A stretch of DNA of 48,667 nt from a virus. Taxonomy: Duplodnaviria > Caudoviricetes. The position numbers and the translations under genes are program-made. Below, in pieces: positions 7,951 to 17,114 of this stretch. The notes under the pieces are model-generated. The model saw only the letters and a program-made list of their open reading frames with translations, was not told where the DNA came from and did not search any database. The stretch lies in the IMG/VR virus record IMGVR_UViG_3300010223_000004, positions 1 to 48,667 of that record; one strand, written 5' to 3'. Position 1 is the stretch's first letter. Each line of letters opens with the position of its first letter.

Positions 7951-7989
7951 TTCTGTGGTATACTGTATGTATGACTAAAGGACAGGCTT

Positions 7990-8805
7990 ATGACTGATTT
8001 CGCGGGATTGACTTTGGAGGATGAGTCTTCTGAGCCAGACCGGGGTCGGTGGCTCATCAGCGGCCTCACGGGCTCTGGGAAGACCACCCTCGCCTCTACC
8101 ATCGCCGGGTGCGGTAAGACGCTGTTTGTCGATCTGGTGGGCGAGAAGGGTACCCGGGTGTTCCAGGGTGCTCCCTACGCGAAGAACATCGACGTAGTAC
8201 GTCCCACCAGCGTCACGGATATGGATGATGTGTTCTGGAAGCTCAACAGCGGGTCACACGACTACAAGGCTGTTGTCCTGGACTCCTTGACCGGCCTGCA
8301 GAAGATGACCATGCGATACCTGCTCGGTCACTCGGAGACGGCGGTCAAGGAGATCGCCAAGGGCGGAGCTACTGCCGAGTTCCGAACCTGGGGTCAGGCG
8401 CTTGATATCATGACCGATACGGCGACGTTCTGGTACGGTCTGGCGGATGGTAACCGTCCCAACCCCCTGCACGTGGTCATGACTACTCAGGTCAAGGAAG
8501 AGCTGCATGAAGCGTCTGGGGAGATCGTGTTCTATCCGGACGTGCAGCGGGGAGCCCGGTCCATCGTGCTCTCTACTCCGGACTATGTTGTCTACTGCGA
8601 TGTGGTGAACGACGATCTGGACGAGGAAGCTCAACCGATACATATTGTCCGGTTCGGGTCCAATCCCACCTATAGGATGAAGGCTCGTATCCCTTACGAC
8701 TTGCGAGGCAAAATCTCCCCCGTTCTGGGGAAGAAGAAGCCTACGAACCTCACTACATTGAGCCGCGTTCTGCGGATCGGTGGAGTGCCGGAAGAAAAGA
8801 AATAG
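7990..8805 (+). CDS. AAA_24/Sak4-like ATPase (recombination)
   Basis: GLTGSGKTT, VVLDSLT; located between the exonuclease and the SSB. Confidence 0.85.
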   Translation: MTDFAGLTLEDESSEPDRGRWLISGLTGSGKTTLASTIAGCGKTLFVDLVGEKGTRVFQGAPYAKNIDVVRPTSVTDMDDVFWKLNSGSHDYKAVVLDSLTGLQKMTMRYLLGHSETAVKEIAKGGATAEFRTWGQALDIMTDTATFWYGLADGNRPNPLHVVMTTQVKEELHEASGEIVFYPDVQRGARSIVLSTPDYVVYCDVVNDDLDEEAQPIHIVRFGSNPTYRMKARIPYDLRGKISPVLGKKKPTNLTTLSRVLRIGGVPEEKK

Positions 8806-8858
8806 CGAAGTACACGATAACTAAACGCACTAACAGCTAACGAGATTAGGGAAAGATT

Positions 8859-9425
8859 ATGGCAGGCGGAGCAGTAACACTCGACTTTACTAACTACAAA
8901 GAGCAGGTTTCCGACTATATCCCCGAGGGAGAGTACGACCTCCTGGTTGATTCGGTTGACCACGATAAAACGGGACCTAATTCCAAGAATCCCGGAACTT
9001 TGATGGTTGTCGTTACCTTCCAGGTGATCGGCGGGCAGTTCGAGGGTGCGACCATTATCGAGCGGTTCACCATCACTGAAAAGGCTTTGTTCCGCATTGC
9101 GGGATTCATGAAGGCTATCGGCCTCAAGGTCCAGAAGGGCAAGAAGGTCAAGCTCGATACGAACAAGTTCGTAGGTAAGCGCGTTCACGCTGTCATAAAA
9201 GATGACACCTTTCGAGACGAAAAGCGGTCCACCGTGGCAAGCTACAGTCCTTACGGCAAAGAGACCGCCGAGGATACGGGAGCTGATATTGAAGACGTGG
9301 CCGCTGACGAGGCTGACGTTGTATCGTCTGATAGTGAGCCTGACGAGAAAAAGGTCGATACGTCTAAGTCTCCCTGGAACGATGAGTCGTCCGATGCAGA
9401 AGAGATTGATCTGGACGAACTCTAA
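8859..9425 (+). CDS. ssDNA-binding protein (DUF669-like)
   Basis: IPEGEY start of an OB-type fold, acidic C-terminal tail, synteny. Confidence 0.75.
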   Translation: MAGGAVTLDFTNYKEQVSDYIPEGEYDLLVDSVDHDKTGPNSKNPGTLMVVVTFQVIGGQFEGATIIERFTITEKALFRIAGFMKAIGLKVQKGKKVKLDTNKFVGKRVHAVIKDDTFRDEKRSTVASYSPYGKETAEDTGADIEDVAADEADVVSSDSEPDEKKVDTSKSPWNDESSDAEEIDLDEL

Positions 9426-9535
9426 AAGCTAGGCGCTCCGGGTTTTAGTGTGTCCTTTGACCGTAGAGCGTCTAAAGAGGACCCTGCTGAGTTACCTCAC
9501 CTACTTGGCAGGGTCCTCGTCCATTTGGAGGAAGT

Positions 9536-9865
9536 ATGGCTAAAGGTCCCGAAGCACTGCTAGTAGATCGTATGCGACGAGCCATTTTGAAACGGTGGCC
9601 CGAGGCCTGCATAGTGAAAGTCGCGGGAGGCGGCTATCAGTCGGCTGGCCTGCCTGACCTACTTGTTCAGGTAGCGGGCAGATCGGCGTGGATCGAGGTC
9701 AAGGCAGTGCGGGAGGGGGAGTCCAAGGATCATGCCCTGTCTCGTGTGACGCTTCGACAACAGGCTGAGATTGACAAGATTCGGCGCGCAGGTATCACTG
9801 CGGGAGTTGCTATGTCTGTAGAGGAAGCACTTGATCTTGTGCAGAGGGCTGTCTGGTCCGAGTAG
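9536..9865 (+). CDS. VRR-NUC / Holliday junction resolvase-type nuclease
   Basis: E...GLPDL...WIEVK...Q motif. Confidence 0.85.
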   Translation: MAKGPEALLVDRMRRAILKRWPEACIVKVAGGGYQSAGLPDLLVQVAGRSAWIEVKAVREGESKDHALSRVTLRQQAEIDKIRRAGITAGVAMSVEEALDLVQRAVWSE

Positions 9866-9884
9866 GGTATGTTATACTATACGT

Positions 9885-10097
9885 ATGAATAAGGTACTGA
9901 TCCGTCTTGCAGCTGGCGTCTTCATGGCTATAGGCATTGTCGGCGCACACGGCATCCTCATCGACATGGCCCTCCTGCTCAATGAACGGCACGGCGGACA
10001 GGTCGCAGTGGTTGCCTACCTATGCGTGGCGTTCTCTCTCGTACTCATCGCCGCTGCAGCTCTCAATGCTCTCGTAGAACCTTGGATTAAGGATTGA
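9885..10097 (+). CDS. Small membrane protein (2 TM), leaderless
   Basis: Hydrophobic ORF; ATG follows tgttatactatacgt. Confidence 0.7.
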   Translation: MNKVLIRLAAGVFMAIGIVGAHGILIDMALLLNERHGGQVAVVAYLCVAFSLVLIAAAALNALVEPWIKD

Positions 10098-10098
10098 C

Positions 10099-10251
10099 AT
10101 GTTGATTGCGTTCTTCGTTACGGCTCTGGCCATCTCCGTGCTCATGGCTCTCTGGGCGATGGCAGAAAAAGACTATATCCCCGCTTTGATGTCTCTGGGA
10201 GTTATGGCGTTCCCGGCCATACTGCTTATCCTGCAGCTTGTGCTAGAGTAA
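10099..10251 (+). CDS. Small membrane protein (50 aa)
   Basis: MLIAFFVTALAISVLMALWAM...; aagga RBS. Confidence 0.6.
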   Translation: MLIAFFVTALAISVLMALWAMAEKDYIPALMSLGVMAFPAILLILQLVLE

Positions 10252-10279
10252 TGGATAGGAGTAGGATGGCTTCTCTCAT

Positions 10280-10322
10280 TAGCAAACCCCCGTGCATCTC
10301 CCCGCGCGGGGGTTTTGCTATT
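10280..10322. terminator. Intrinsic terminator-like hairpin
   Basis: tagcaaacccccg...cgggggttttgcta. Confidence 0.55.
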
Positions 10323-10362
10323 CCTACTGACGTGTAGCAGCACTATCCGTTAGCCTGGCCGC

Positions 10363-10806
10363 ATGGACCGTTTACCTCATACGGGCATCGCCGTGATCCG
10401 GTCAGGCCGTAGTCCGCATGTGGTCATGCTCGCTATCGGGATGATCGTCGTTGGGGTATATGGTCTTCTGTTTCACCCGGTATCGAGAACGGTGGGGGAA
10501 GTTCTATCCACTGAGCAATCGAACCTATTCAGTGTTGTCGCTATCGCCGGGTCTATCCTCGTCTTGCTCGGCGTGTACTGGCCCCGCTTACTGCTCGGTC
10601 TGTTGCTGGAACGTGTCGGGCAACTGATGAGCGCAGGAGCTTGGGCGGTCTACATCGCTACCCTGCTCGATACGTCTACCTGGGATCGGGCAGGACTTAT
10701 CCTGACTATCTCGACCAGCCTTCTGCTAGCCGCCATATGGAGAACTTGCTATATAACAAGAACCGCTCTCCCGGTGGTTCGTGACTGGCTGAAAGCGTGC
10801 GGCTGA
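10363..10806 (+). CDS. Four-TM membrane protein (lysis module)
   Basis: Four hydrophobic segments; upstream of the endolysin. Confidence 0.7.
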   Translation: MDRLPHTGIAVIRSGRSPHVVMLAIGMIVVGVYGLLFHPVSRTVGEVLSTEQSNLFSVVAIAGSILVLLGVYWPRLLLGLLLERVGQLMSAGAWAVYIATLLDTSTWDRAGLILTISTSLLLAAIWRTCYITRTALPVVRDWLKACG

Positions 10807-11117
10807 TGGAGATGGACATAGGGCAGTGGATCACCGGATTTCTTGGAGTTGTGTCCATCTCCGGGTTGGTGATGGTATACCGCGCTCGGGGTGAGAACCG
10901 TAAGACTAACGCTGAGGCGTCGAGCGTGACAGTGGATACCTCTCTAAAGTTGCTTGAACCTCTACGCGAAGAGATCGGCAGGCTCACTAGGCGTTTATCA
11001 GATGCCGAGGAAGAAGTCACTCGGCTTCGAGATGAGGCGTATCGACTTAGGTGTGAGGCGGCTCGTTGTCGAGAACAGCTAGAGAGATATCACACTCTAT
11101 ATGGTGCGCTGCCCTAG
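10806..11117 (+). CDS. Single-TM coiled-coil protein (lysis module)
   Basis: N-terminal TM followed by a heptad-rich tail; TGATG overlap. Confidence 0.7.
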   Translation: MEMDIGQWITGFLGVVSISGLVMVYRARGENRKTNAEASSVTVDTSLKLLEPLREEIGRLTRRLSDAEEEVTRLRDEAYRLRCEAARCREQLERYHTLYGALP

Positions 11118-11126
11118 ACTAGGGGC

Positions 11127-11459
11127 ATGGAGCTAGCGTGGCGAGTAGTTGTGGGGCTGAACAAGCCCCTACACGGTCTTGACCCTGACCAGCAGGTTTT
11201 CCCCATTATCCGGTCTCTCAGTGAGGGCCGGATATCGGTTACCGGCGATGGCGGAGATAGTGCCCAGGTAATCGCTACGGTGCTTCACCGAGACTATATC
11301 CAGCCGCAAGAGGCCGCACGACGTATCGAGGAAACGATTCGAGTAGTCGGGCTAGAGGTCATTTCCACGGAGATCCTCACCAAGGAAGAATACGACCAGA
11401 GACTTTTAGTTGATGTAGAAGACATCGAGGCTTGGGTAGAGAGTGAAGGTGACGCATGA
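11127..11459 (+). CDS. Hypothetical protein
   Basis: ORF in the lysis operon, ATGA overlap with the endolysin. Confidence 0.65.
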   Translation: MELAWRVVVGLNKPLHGLDPDQQVFPIIRSLSEGRISVTGDGGDSAQVIATVLHRDYIQPQEAARRIEETIRVVGLEVISTEILTKEEYDQRLLVDVEDIEAWVESEGDA

Positions 11460-12196
11460 GTTACATCGTCATTTTCCGTGGGAAGAGAGCCTGCCCGTGC
11501 CATGTGAAATGGATTCCAGCTTTCGAGGCTGAGCTGCGAAAGCGCGGATTGATTCAGTCCACGGTGGATATCGCACAGCTTATAGGTGGTGCCCCGGCTT
11601 CGGGAGGTACGCATTCAACGGGCGGTGCTATCGACATATGGCAGCGATCCTATGGCATCTTAAGGTGCGCAAGGGATATGGGCGCTGACGCAAGCTGGGG
11701 CCGCACCACCGCTCAAGGGTTCACCCCGCATGCTCATCTCGTACTTAGGGGATGCCCGCACAACTCGCCTGCTAGATACCAGATCACTGCAGTCGATGCA
11801 GGATATAACGGTCTCGGCTACATGGGACGTGGCGGCAGAGACGACGGACCACGGCCTCTGTCGGGATTGACCTGGCAGCAGGGAATCGCACGATATCAGG
11901 GAGATACTGACATGACACCGGCACAAGCCAAGAAACTAGACGACATCCATAGGTGGTCTAGAGAGATCGTCATCGCTATTCGGGACATGCGCCCCGGACG
12001 CAAGGGCGAATACCACGACGGCACTCTCGCCCGCTGGATGCGTGAGGTCACGCAGAAGCAGCGCGACGTGCACCAGACCTTGATGATCGGCGGCGTGGTG
12101 CGCACGATCATCTCCGACCTGCGCAGTGGCCGAAAGGGTCGCTGGACCGAGGGTCCCGGCTACCGCAAGATCCTCGACACTATCCGGAAGAAGTGA
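11456..12196 (+). CDS. Endolysin, zinc peptidase (M15-like)
   Basis: SGGTH...GGAIDIW...PHAH Zn-ligand pattern; adjacent to holin-like genes. Confidence 0.75.
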   Translation: MSYIVIFRGKRACPCHVKWIPAFEAELRKRGLIQSTVDIAQLIGGAPASGGTHSTGGAIDIWQRSYGILRCARDMGADASWGRTTAQGFTPHAHLVLRGCPHNSPARYQITAVDAGYNGLGYMGRGGRDDGPRPLSGLTWQQGIARYQGDTDMTPAQAKKLDDIHRWSREIVIAIRDMRPGRKGEYHDGTLARWMREVTQKQRDVHQTLMIGGVVRTIISDLRSGRKGRWTEGPGYRKILDTIRKK

Positions 12197-12203
12197 TCCC
12201 GCC

Positions 12204-12554
12204 GTGCATGATTTGTTGATCTCCTACATTCGCACCTTCGTCCCTGTCGCCGTCGGATCAGTCGCCACCTGGCTGCTGACCCTCGGAGTCGAGCTCGATG
12301 CCGAGACCCAGGCGGCTGCGGTCACCGCCGGAACCGGCGTGCTGATCGCCGTCTACTACGTGGTCGCCCGGGCGCTCGAACGCAAGTGGCCAGCGTTCGG
12401 GTTCCTGCTCGGATCGCAGGTCGAGCCGGAGTACGCGGGCCGCGGAAAGCGCATCGCCGGTGAGCATGCCCCCACGAAGCGCCAGGCGTTGAGCGATGAC
12501 GAAGAGCCGGACGACTCGCCCAACGACAACTCAGACCTCGCCGAGGACTACTGA
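12204..12554 (+). CDS. Holin-like membrane protein
   Basis: IRTFVPVAVG...YYVVARALERKWPAFGFLLG, 2 TM, directly after the endolysin. Confidence 0.75.
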   Translation: MHDLLISYIRTFVPVAVGSVATWLLTLGVELDAETQAAAVTAGTGVLIAVYYVVARALERKWPAFGFLLGSQVEPEYAGRGKRIAGEHAPTKRQALSDDEEPDDSPNDNSDLAEDY

Positions 12555-12555
12555 C

Positions 12556-12693
12556 ATGCCCGGCGACTACGGACTCGCGCTCGCGGTGATCACGCTCTGG
12601 GCCGCGGTGCTCGCGATGGTGACCTCTGGGGTGGCGATCATCTGCACCGGTATCGTTCGACGGAAGGGAGCATATCGTGGCGACCTGGGTTGA
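12556..12693 (+). CDS. Small membrane protein
   Basis: Single hydrophobic helix, 45 aa. Confidence 0.5.
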   Translation: MPGDYGLALAVITLWAAVLAMVTSGVAIICTGIVRRKGAYRGDLG

Positions 12694-13237
12694 CCCTCAG
12701 CCTATCCCTATCAGCACCGACCCGAATCGTCCCGACGAGTGGGGCGCTACTCGCAATGGCCATATCGCAGAGTTGACAGAGCGCACCAATGAGCTGCGCG
12801 GGACGGTGGGAAAGTCCGCCTACGAGATTGCGGTAGACAACGGATTTACCGGTACCGAGCAGGAGTGGCTAGATAGCCTGGTCGGGCCTGAGGGACCTCA
12901 GGGCGATTTGGCAGATTTTTCTTCTGTCGTAAACTGGACCGGATCGGTTTCTCTGGAAACCTTCGTTGATCCGTGGAGATCACTCGTGCTCCCCGTGAAC
13001 CTGACCGGGAACACGTCTCTCACCCTCCCGAACGTAGGCATCTCCGACAAGGCGTTCACGGTGTCGTTGTGGCTGTTCGCCAACACCTCGACCCGGACAC
13101 TGACGGTATCGGGCGGACTAGCATCTGAGGGCTTGAAGGCGGTGCCGGTCACCACGTCTCGCGGCTCGTGTCTAGTAGACCTGCGGTGGATGGGTACGAT
13201 CTGGATCATGACTGTCTCGGGGGTCAACCTCTCATGA
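12677..13237 (+). CDS. Minor tail/fibre-like protein with short collagen motif
   Basis: GKSAYEIAVDNGFTGTEQEWLDSLVGPEGPQG motif typical of phage fibre proteins. Confidence 0.7.
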   Translation: MATWVDPQPIPISTDPNRPDEWGATRNGHIAELTERTNELRGTVGKSAYEIAVDNGFTGTEQEWLDSLVGPEGPQGDLADFSSVVNWTGSVSLETFVDPWRSLVLPVNLTGNTSLTLPNVGISDKAFTVSLWLFANTSTRTLTVSGGLASEGLKAVPVTTSRGSCLVDLRWMGTIWIMTVSGVNLS

Positions 13238-13782
13238 GGGGAGCCCAGCAGGAGACTCGGCTAGAGGCTATAGCCGGAACGCCCGGAGCCTATTTCGTCG
13301 GAGAGGGCAACGGTGCCGTCTCCCCTGCGCCAGCTGTCTATGGGTTCAAGACGCTGTTTACAGTCGTCTACCGCACCCCGCCTACCGATTGGACGTGGGC
13401 CTCGGCCTATGGCTGGCAGCAGCCGGGGATGATGCTGTGGCAGGACAGCCCGAACGGCTTGAGGTTCTCCGTCGAGATCTCAGGACCCGAGGTCCCATCC
13501 ATCGCCCCGGCGGGCAGCGACGGGACCGGCCTGCTGGTGGCCTGCGGAGAGTGGGACGGGACGGACTCTCAGAACGGGTATGCCTACGCTGAGATCTTCC
13601 GGAACGCTAGGTCTACCCAGGTAGTGACGATCCATAGCCCCCTAGAGGATGCCTGGGTAGAGAGCTACCCTTCCGGTGGGGGTACTCAGGTTCTCGCCAC
13701 CCTCTTCTATGCCAAGTCCCTGACCACCTTTCAGAAGCAGCGGGTGATGGCCTGGTTGGATCACAGGTTCTCGATGGCTTGA
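13234..13782 (+). CDS. Hypothetical beta-rich protein, possibly a fibre partner
   Basis: ATGA-coupled to the upstream fibre-like gene. Confidence 0.55.
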   Translation: MRGAQQETRLEAIAGTPGAYFVGEGNGAVSPAPAVYGFKTLFTVVYRTPPTDWTWASAYGWQQPGMMLWQDSPNGLRFSVEISGPEVPSIAPAGSDGTGLLVACGEWDGTDSQNGYAYAEIFRNARSTQVVTIHSPLEDAWVESYPSGGGTQVLATLFYAKSLTTFQKQRVMAWLDHRFSMA

Positions 13783-13868
13783 TTGCTGGCGGACGACTAG
13801 GGCATACTGGTCCTAGCGACCAGTTCCTCTTAGTCACTCGCTCGGAACTTCGTCTGCCTGTCGGGAAG

Positions 13869-13902
13869 GTACCCTCGCCTAGTGCGGGGGTACTTTTCTT
13901 TT
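13869..13902 (+). terminator. Intrinsic terminator
   Basis: gtaccctcgc-ctagt-gcgggggtac followed by ttttctttt. Confidence 0.7.
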
Positions 13903-13981
13903 ATATCTACGTATAGACACTGACCTCGATCTAGGGTATAGTTACACGTATAGAAAGACAGACAGACGAAGGACACACACC

Positions 13982-14203
13982 ATGAATTACATCACCGTTA
14001 CTGACAGGGTTGGAACCGGGGGATCGTTCTCAGGCAGCCGATCGATGGCTGCTGAGTGGGTTCGGCAGGAGTACTCCATCCTCGGCGAGGATTGGGATGA
14101 GGTTCGGGATGTTGCCGAACGAGTCGCATCCCGGATGGAGAGCGGCGGGTCCATCGACTCAGGAGACCTAGAGTTCCTGGGCATGGACGTTAGGGAGCGG
14201 TAA
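13982..14203 (+). CDS. Hypothetical protein
   Basis: gaaggac RBS; promoter-like TAGACA...TATAGT upstream. Confidence 0.7.
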   Translation: MNYITVTDRVGTGGSFSGSRSMAAEWVRQEYSILGEDWDEVRDVAERVASRMESGGSIDSGDLEFLGMDVRER

Positions 14204-14769
14204 TGATCTCTGAGATTGTCGCTATAGAAAGGATTGACATCGTGAACACCAATGAAGTACCACAGCTCCCTGACACGTCCACCTGGCGCAAGGTTGAGCC
14301 GGGGGAGACCATTCCGGCAGGCACGCCGCACATGATGACCAACGAGAATTCCTACATCATCAGCAAGGGTCTGGTCTGGGATACCGAGGTTTCACGCTAC
14401 GAGTCAACCACCTACTACGCCGACCTGCCCACCCACGGCCCGGACCTGTCGCTGATTCCCGAGGGCGGCCCAGGGAGCGCGAGGGTGCTGCGGATCAATG
14501 GCGTGGTCGGGACCTACTACCGCAAAGGTAGTGACCTGCACGTAGTTGATTCAGAGGGTGACATTAGCTTCTCGGCGATGCTCTCCTGGGTCGAGTCCGT
14601 CGAGCCGGTGACCATCCTCGGCGAGGACGAGGTGGCGGTGCCGCGCAAGCTGGTCGAGTCAGCGAAGAAGTGGCTTAGCGGGAACGGATCGACCGTGGAG
14701 ACCGAGAACTACCTTGTTGCTCGGGCCATCGTCCGTGACCTCGCTACTCGCTACGGTCGGGGACGGTGA
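14203..14769 (+). CDS. Hypothetical protein
   Basis: ORF coupled to the upstream stop. Confidence 0.65.
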   Translation: MISEIVAIERIDIVNTNEVPQLPDTSTWRKVEPGETIPAGTPHMMTNENSYIISKGLVWDTEVSRYESTTYYADLPTHGPDLSLIPEGGPGSARVLRINGVVGTYYRKGSDLHVVDSEGDISFSAMLSWVESVEPVTILGEDEVAVPRKLVESAKKWLSGNGSTVETENYLVARAIVRDLATRYGRGR

Positions 14770-14775
14770 CGACCG

Positions 14776-14964
14776 ATGACCCCGGCCGACGCGACATTCC
14801 TGACGGCCCTCGTGCTGTCCCTGGCGGCAGTCGTTCCGGTTGGTGCGGCACTCTCCACGAGTCCCCGGCTGAGCTTCGCCCTGCACGCACTCACGGCACT
14901 GCTGGCGTCGCTGGCAGTGCTTGCTTGGGTCGCGGCTCCATGGGTGGCGGTGATCTGGTCATGA
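14776..14964 (+). CDS. Small membrane protein
   Basis: Two hydrophobic helices. Confidence 0.6.
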   Translation: MTPADATFLTALVLSLAAVVPVGAALSTSPRLSFALHALTALLASLAVLAWVAAPWVAVIWS

Positions 14965-15569
14965 CTCTGACATCGCACCAACGCCCCTATCGAGGCGCTA
15001 CGGACGTGTGGCTGACCCCACCAGAGATCATCGAAGAACTCGGACCGTTCGACCTGGACCCGTGCGCGGCTGTCGATCAGCCGTGGAGAACCGCATGGAC
15101 TCAGTACACGATCCACGACGACGGCCTGGCGCAGGAGTGGCACGGATTCGCATGGGTGAACCCACCGTTCGGCCCGGACGCCGAGAAGTGGCTCTCCCGG
15201 CTTGCTGACCACGGCAACGGCATCGGCCTGGTGCCTGCCCGCACTGAGACCCGTTGGTTTGTCGAGCAGGTCTGGAAGCGGGCTGACGGCATCCGGTTCC
15301 TGTGGGGCCGACCCCACTTCCACCACGCCGATGGGACGAGGGCCAGAGCCAACTCGGGGGTGCCCATCGTGCTCGCGGCCTACGGCGCGGAGGCGGTTCG
15401 CCGTCTCGCCAGCTCGGCGCTGCGGGGCATCTACGTACCCCTCGACCGAAAGGATCAGCCAGGACCACTAAGCGACAGCTTTGGATCGACACACAAGGTC
15501 AGCCCGTCGTTACCACCACGCCGAACGGTGAGCGGAACGCTGCGCGCTGGGGCTGGATTCGGGCGGTAG
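14961..15569 (+). CDS. Phage DNA N6-adenine methyltransferase (Dam-like)
   Basis: WLTPPE, FDLDPCA, DGLAQEW, catalytic WVNPPF, LVPARTET. Confidence 0.88.
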   Translation: MTLTSHQRPYRGATDVWLTPPEIIEELGPFDLDPCAAVDQPWRTAWTQYTIHDDGLAQEWHGFAWVNPPFGPDAEKWLSRLADHGNGIGLVPARTETRWFVEQVWKRADGIRFLWGRPHFHHADGTRARANSGVPIVLAAYGAEAVRRLASSALRGIYVPLDRKDQPGPLSDSFGSTHKVSPSLPPRRTVSGTLRAGAGFGR

Positions 15570-16114
15570 CCATGACGAAGGTCGAGTACGACCTACTGGC
15601 ACCCGACCCTACGGGACCCGACGAGCGAGAAGCGCTGGACTACACCGACATCGCGAACCGAGTCCAGGCCGAGACGGGCCGGTCGATCTGGCCGAGAACC
15701 GTCGAGATCGAAGAACGCACCCCGGTCACGGTGCCCGATGAGGCTGTCGAGGCGGCGGTGATCGGATATGTCCGGAACTGCGACGCCAGCTCGGACGATG
15801 TCGATGCCGCCGTCGAGGCCTGGATGGCTGATCCGGAGCTGGTGGATTCCGTGCGAGCTGCACTCGAATCCACCCTGCCGCACCTGTCCAGCGGCCAGGG
15901 CGAGGCGGACGAGTTTACGCCCGCCATGAGTCACTATCTCGGCCAGGTCATCCGCGAGCGTGACGCTGCCCTCTCGGTCATCGAGCGGGTGCGGGAGGCG
16001 CTCAGGGTGCCCCACCCGATGTCGAAGGACCGCCGCTCACAGGACCACTACCCCAAACTCGTCGGAGACCTTCTCGACCTCCTGCCCGACCCGACCGAAC
16101 GGAGCAATCCATGA
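15461..16114 (+). CDS. Hypothetical protein (original start codon apparently mutated; alternative ATG at 15572)
   Basis: Open frame with gaaagga RBS before AGG at 15461. Confidence 0.55.
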   Translation, partial: RTTKRQLWIDTQGQPVVTTTPNGERNAARWGWIRAVAMTKVEYDLLAPDPTGPDEREALDYTDIANRVQAETGRSIWPRTVEIEERTPVTVPDEAVEAAVIGYVRNCDASSDDVDAAVEAWMADPELVDSVRAALESTLPHLSSGQGEADEFTPAMSHYLGQVIRERDAALSVIERVREALRVPHPMSKDRRSQDHYPKLVGDLLDLLPDPTERSNP

Positions 16115-16734
16115 GTAACCAGATCGCCACCGTCCGAGGTGAACTCGCCTTGAAGGTCGGTGACGCCGAGGCCGTCCTCGCGGCCATCGAGGAGATTCGA
16201 GAACTGGTAGGCGAGGGATGGCGCGCCAATTTCGGTTATGAGTACGACACCAAAACCGAGGCTTATGCGGCTGGGCGTGACTGGATGATTGACAAGATCA
16301 GAGACGTCTTGTCCGACCTAGATGAAAGGAGCGAGCCATGAACGAGGAATATTCCGATCGCTCGCGTGGAGGCGGGGCGTGAGCGCCGGGGTCAGTACGT
16401 GCCGCCACTGCGCCGAGCGGATCGTCCGGCCGCACTGCGATCTTTACTGGACACACCCGGTCGAGGAGGGCACTCCGCGAAGCGGGCATCGACGAATGTG
16501 CACCCCTACCTTCGCCGAGCCGATCGAGGAGGACGCGCCATGACCACCACACCCCTGTTCGGGAGCCCCATCGGTCCGTGGTTCCGCTGGTTCGCATGGC
16601 GACCAGTCAAGACGGCAGACAGGGGATGGCGGTGGCTGATCCCGGTCTGGCGTCGTCGCTACCAGACCAAGATCCATCTGCCCGGACCGACCGATCTCTG
16701 GTTTCACACCGTCGTGGACAGGGAGACCCTATGA
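16111..16734 (+). CDS. Run of small overlapping hypothetical genes (16111-16341, 16379-16543, 16540-16734)
   Basis: ATGA/GTGA overlaps and RBSs. Confidence 0.55.
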
Positions 16735-17114
16735 CCACCATCACCGACACCATCGCGGGAGTGCTGCTCGATGAGCACAACGCGGGTTTCGACAACGGCA
16801 CCGAGCGCGAGTTCTACGAGACGCCACCGATCTGGATGCAACGCAAGGCGGAACGTCTGGCTGCCGCGATCGAGCTGATCATCCAACGCAAGGCCGAGCT
16901 CGCGGGGGCGCTGGCCTCTGAAGCGCTCAGCTAGGAAAAGGAGGCGCACGTCCGGGCTGATGAGTGTAGGCAAACTAAGTCCGAGTTAAGAAGCATGGCG
17001 AATGTTGAATTTACTTCGGAAGGCTTTGAAAGCCTCAGGGGCGCGGCCATATGGGACGTAGATAATTGGGCGGATGAGAGAGCCGATCAGCATGAGAGGA
17101 TTACAGGTGAGTAA
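16731..17114 (+). pseudogene. Hypothetical gene with an internal in-frame TAG at 16932-16934
   Basis: The frame stays open about 59 codons past the TAG and ends overlapping the next GTG start (17107). Confidence 0.55.

Noticed and set aside
16932-16934. Genome-wide TAG recoding (alternative genetic code)
   Set aside because: Long core genes contain no internal TAG, many genes end normally at TAG, and no suppressor tRNA was seen.
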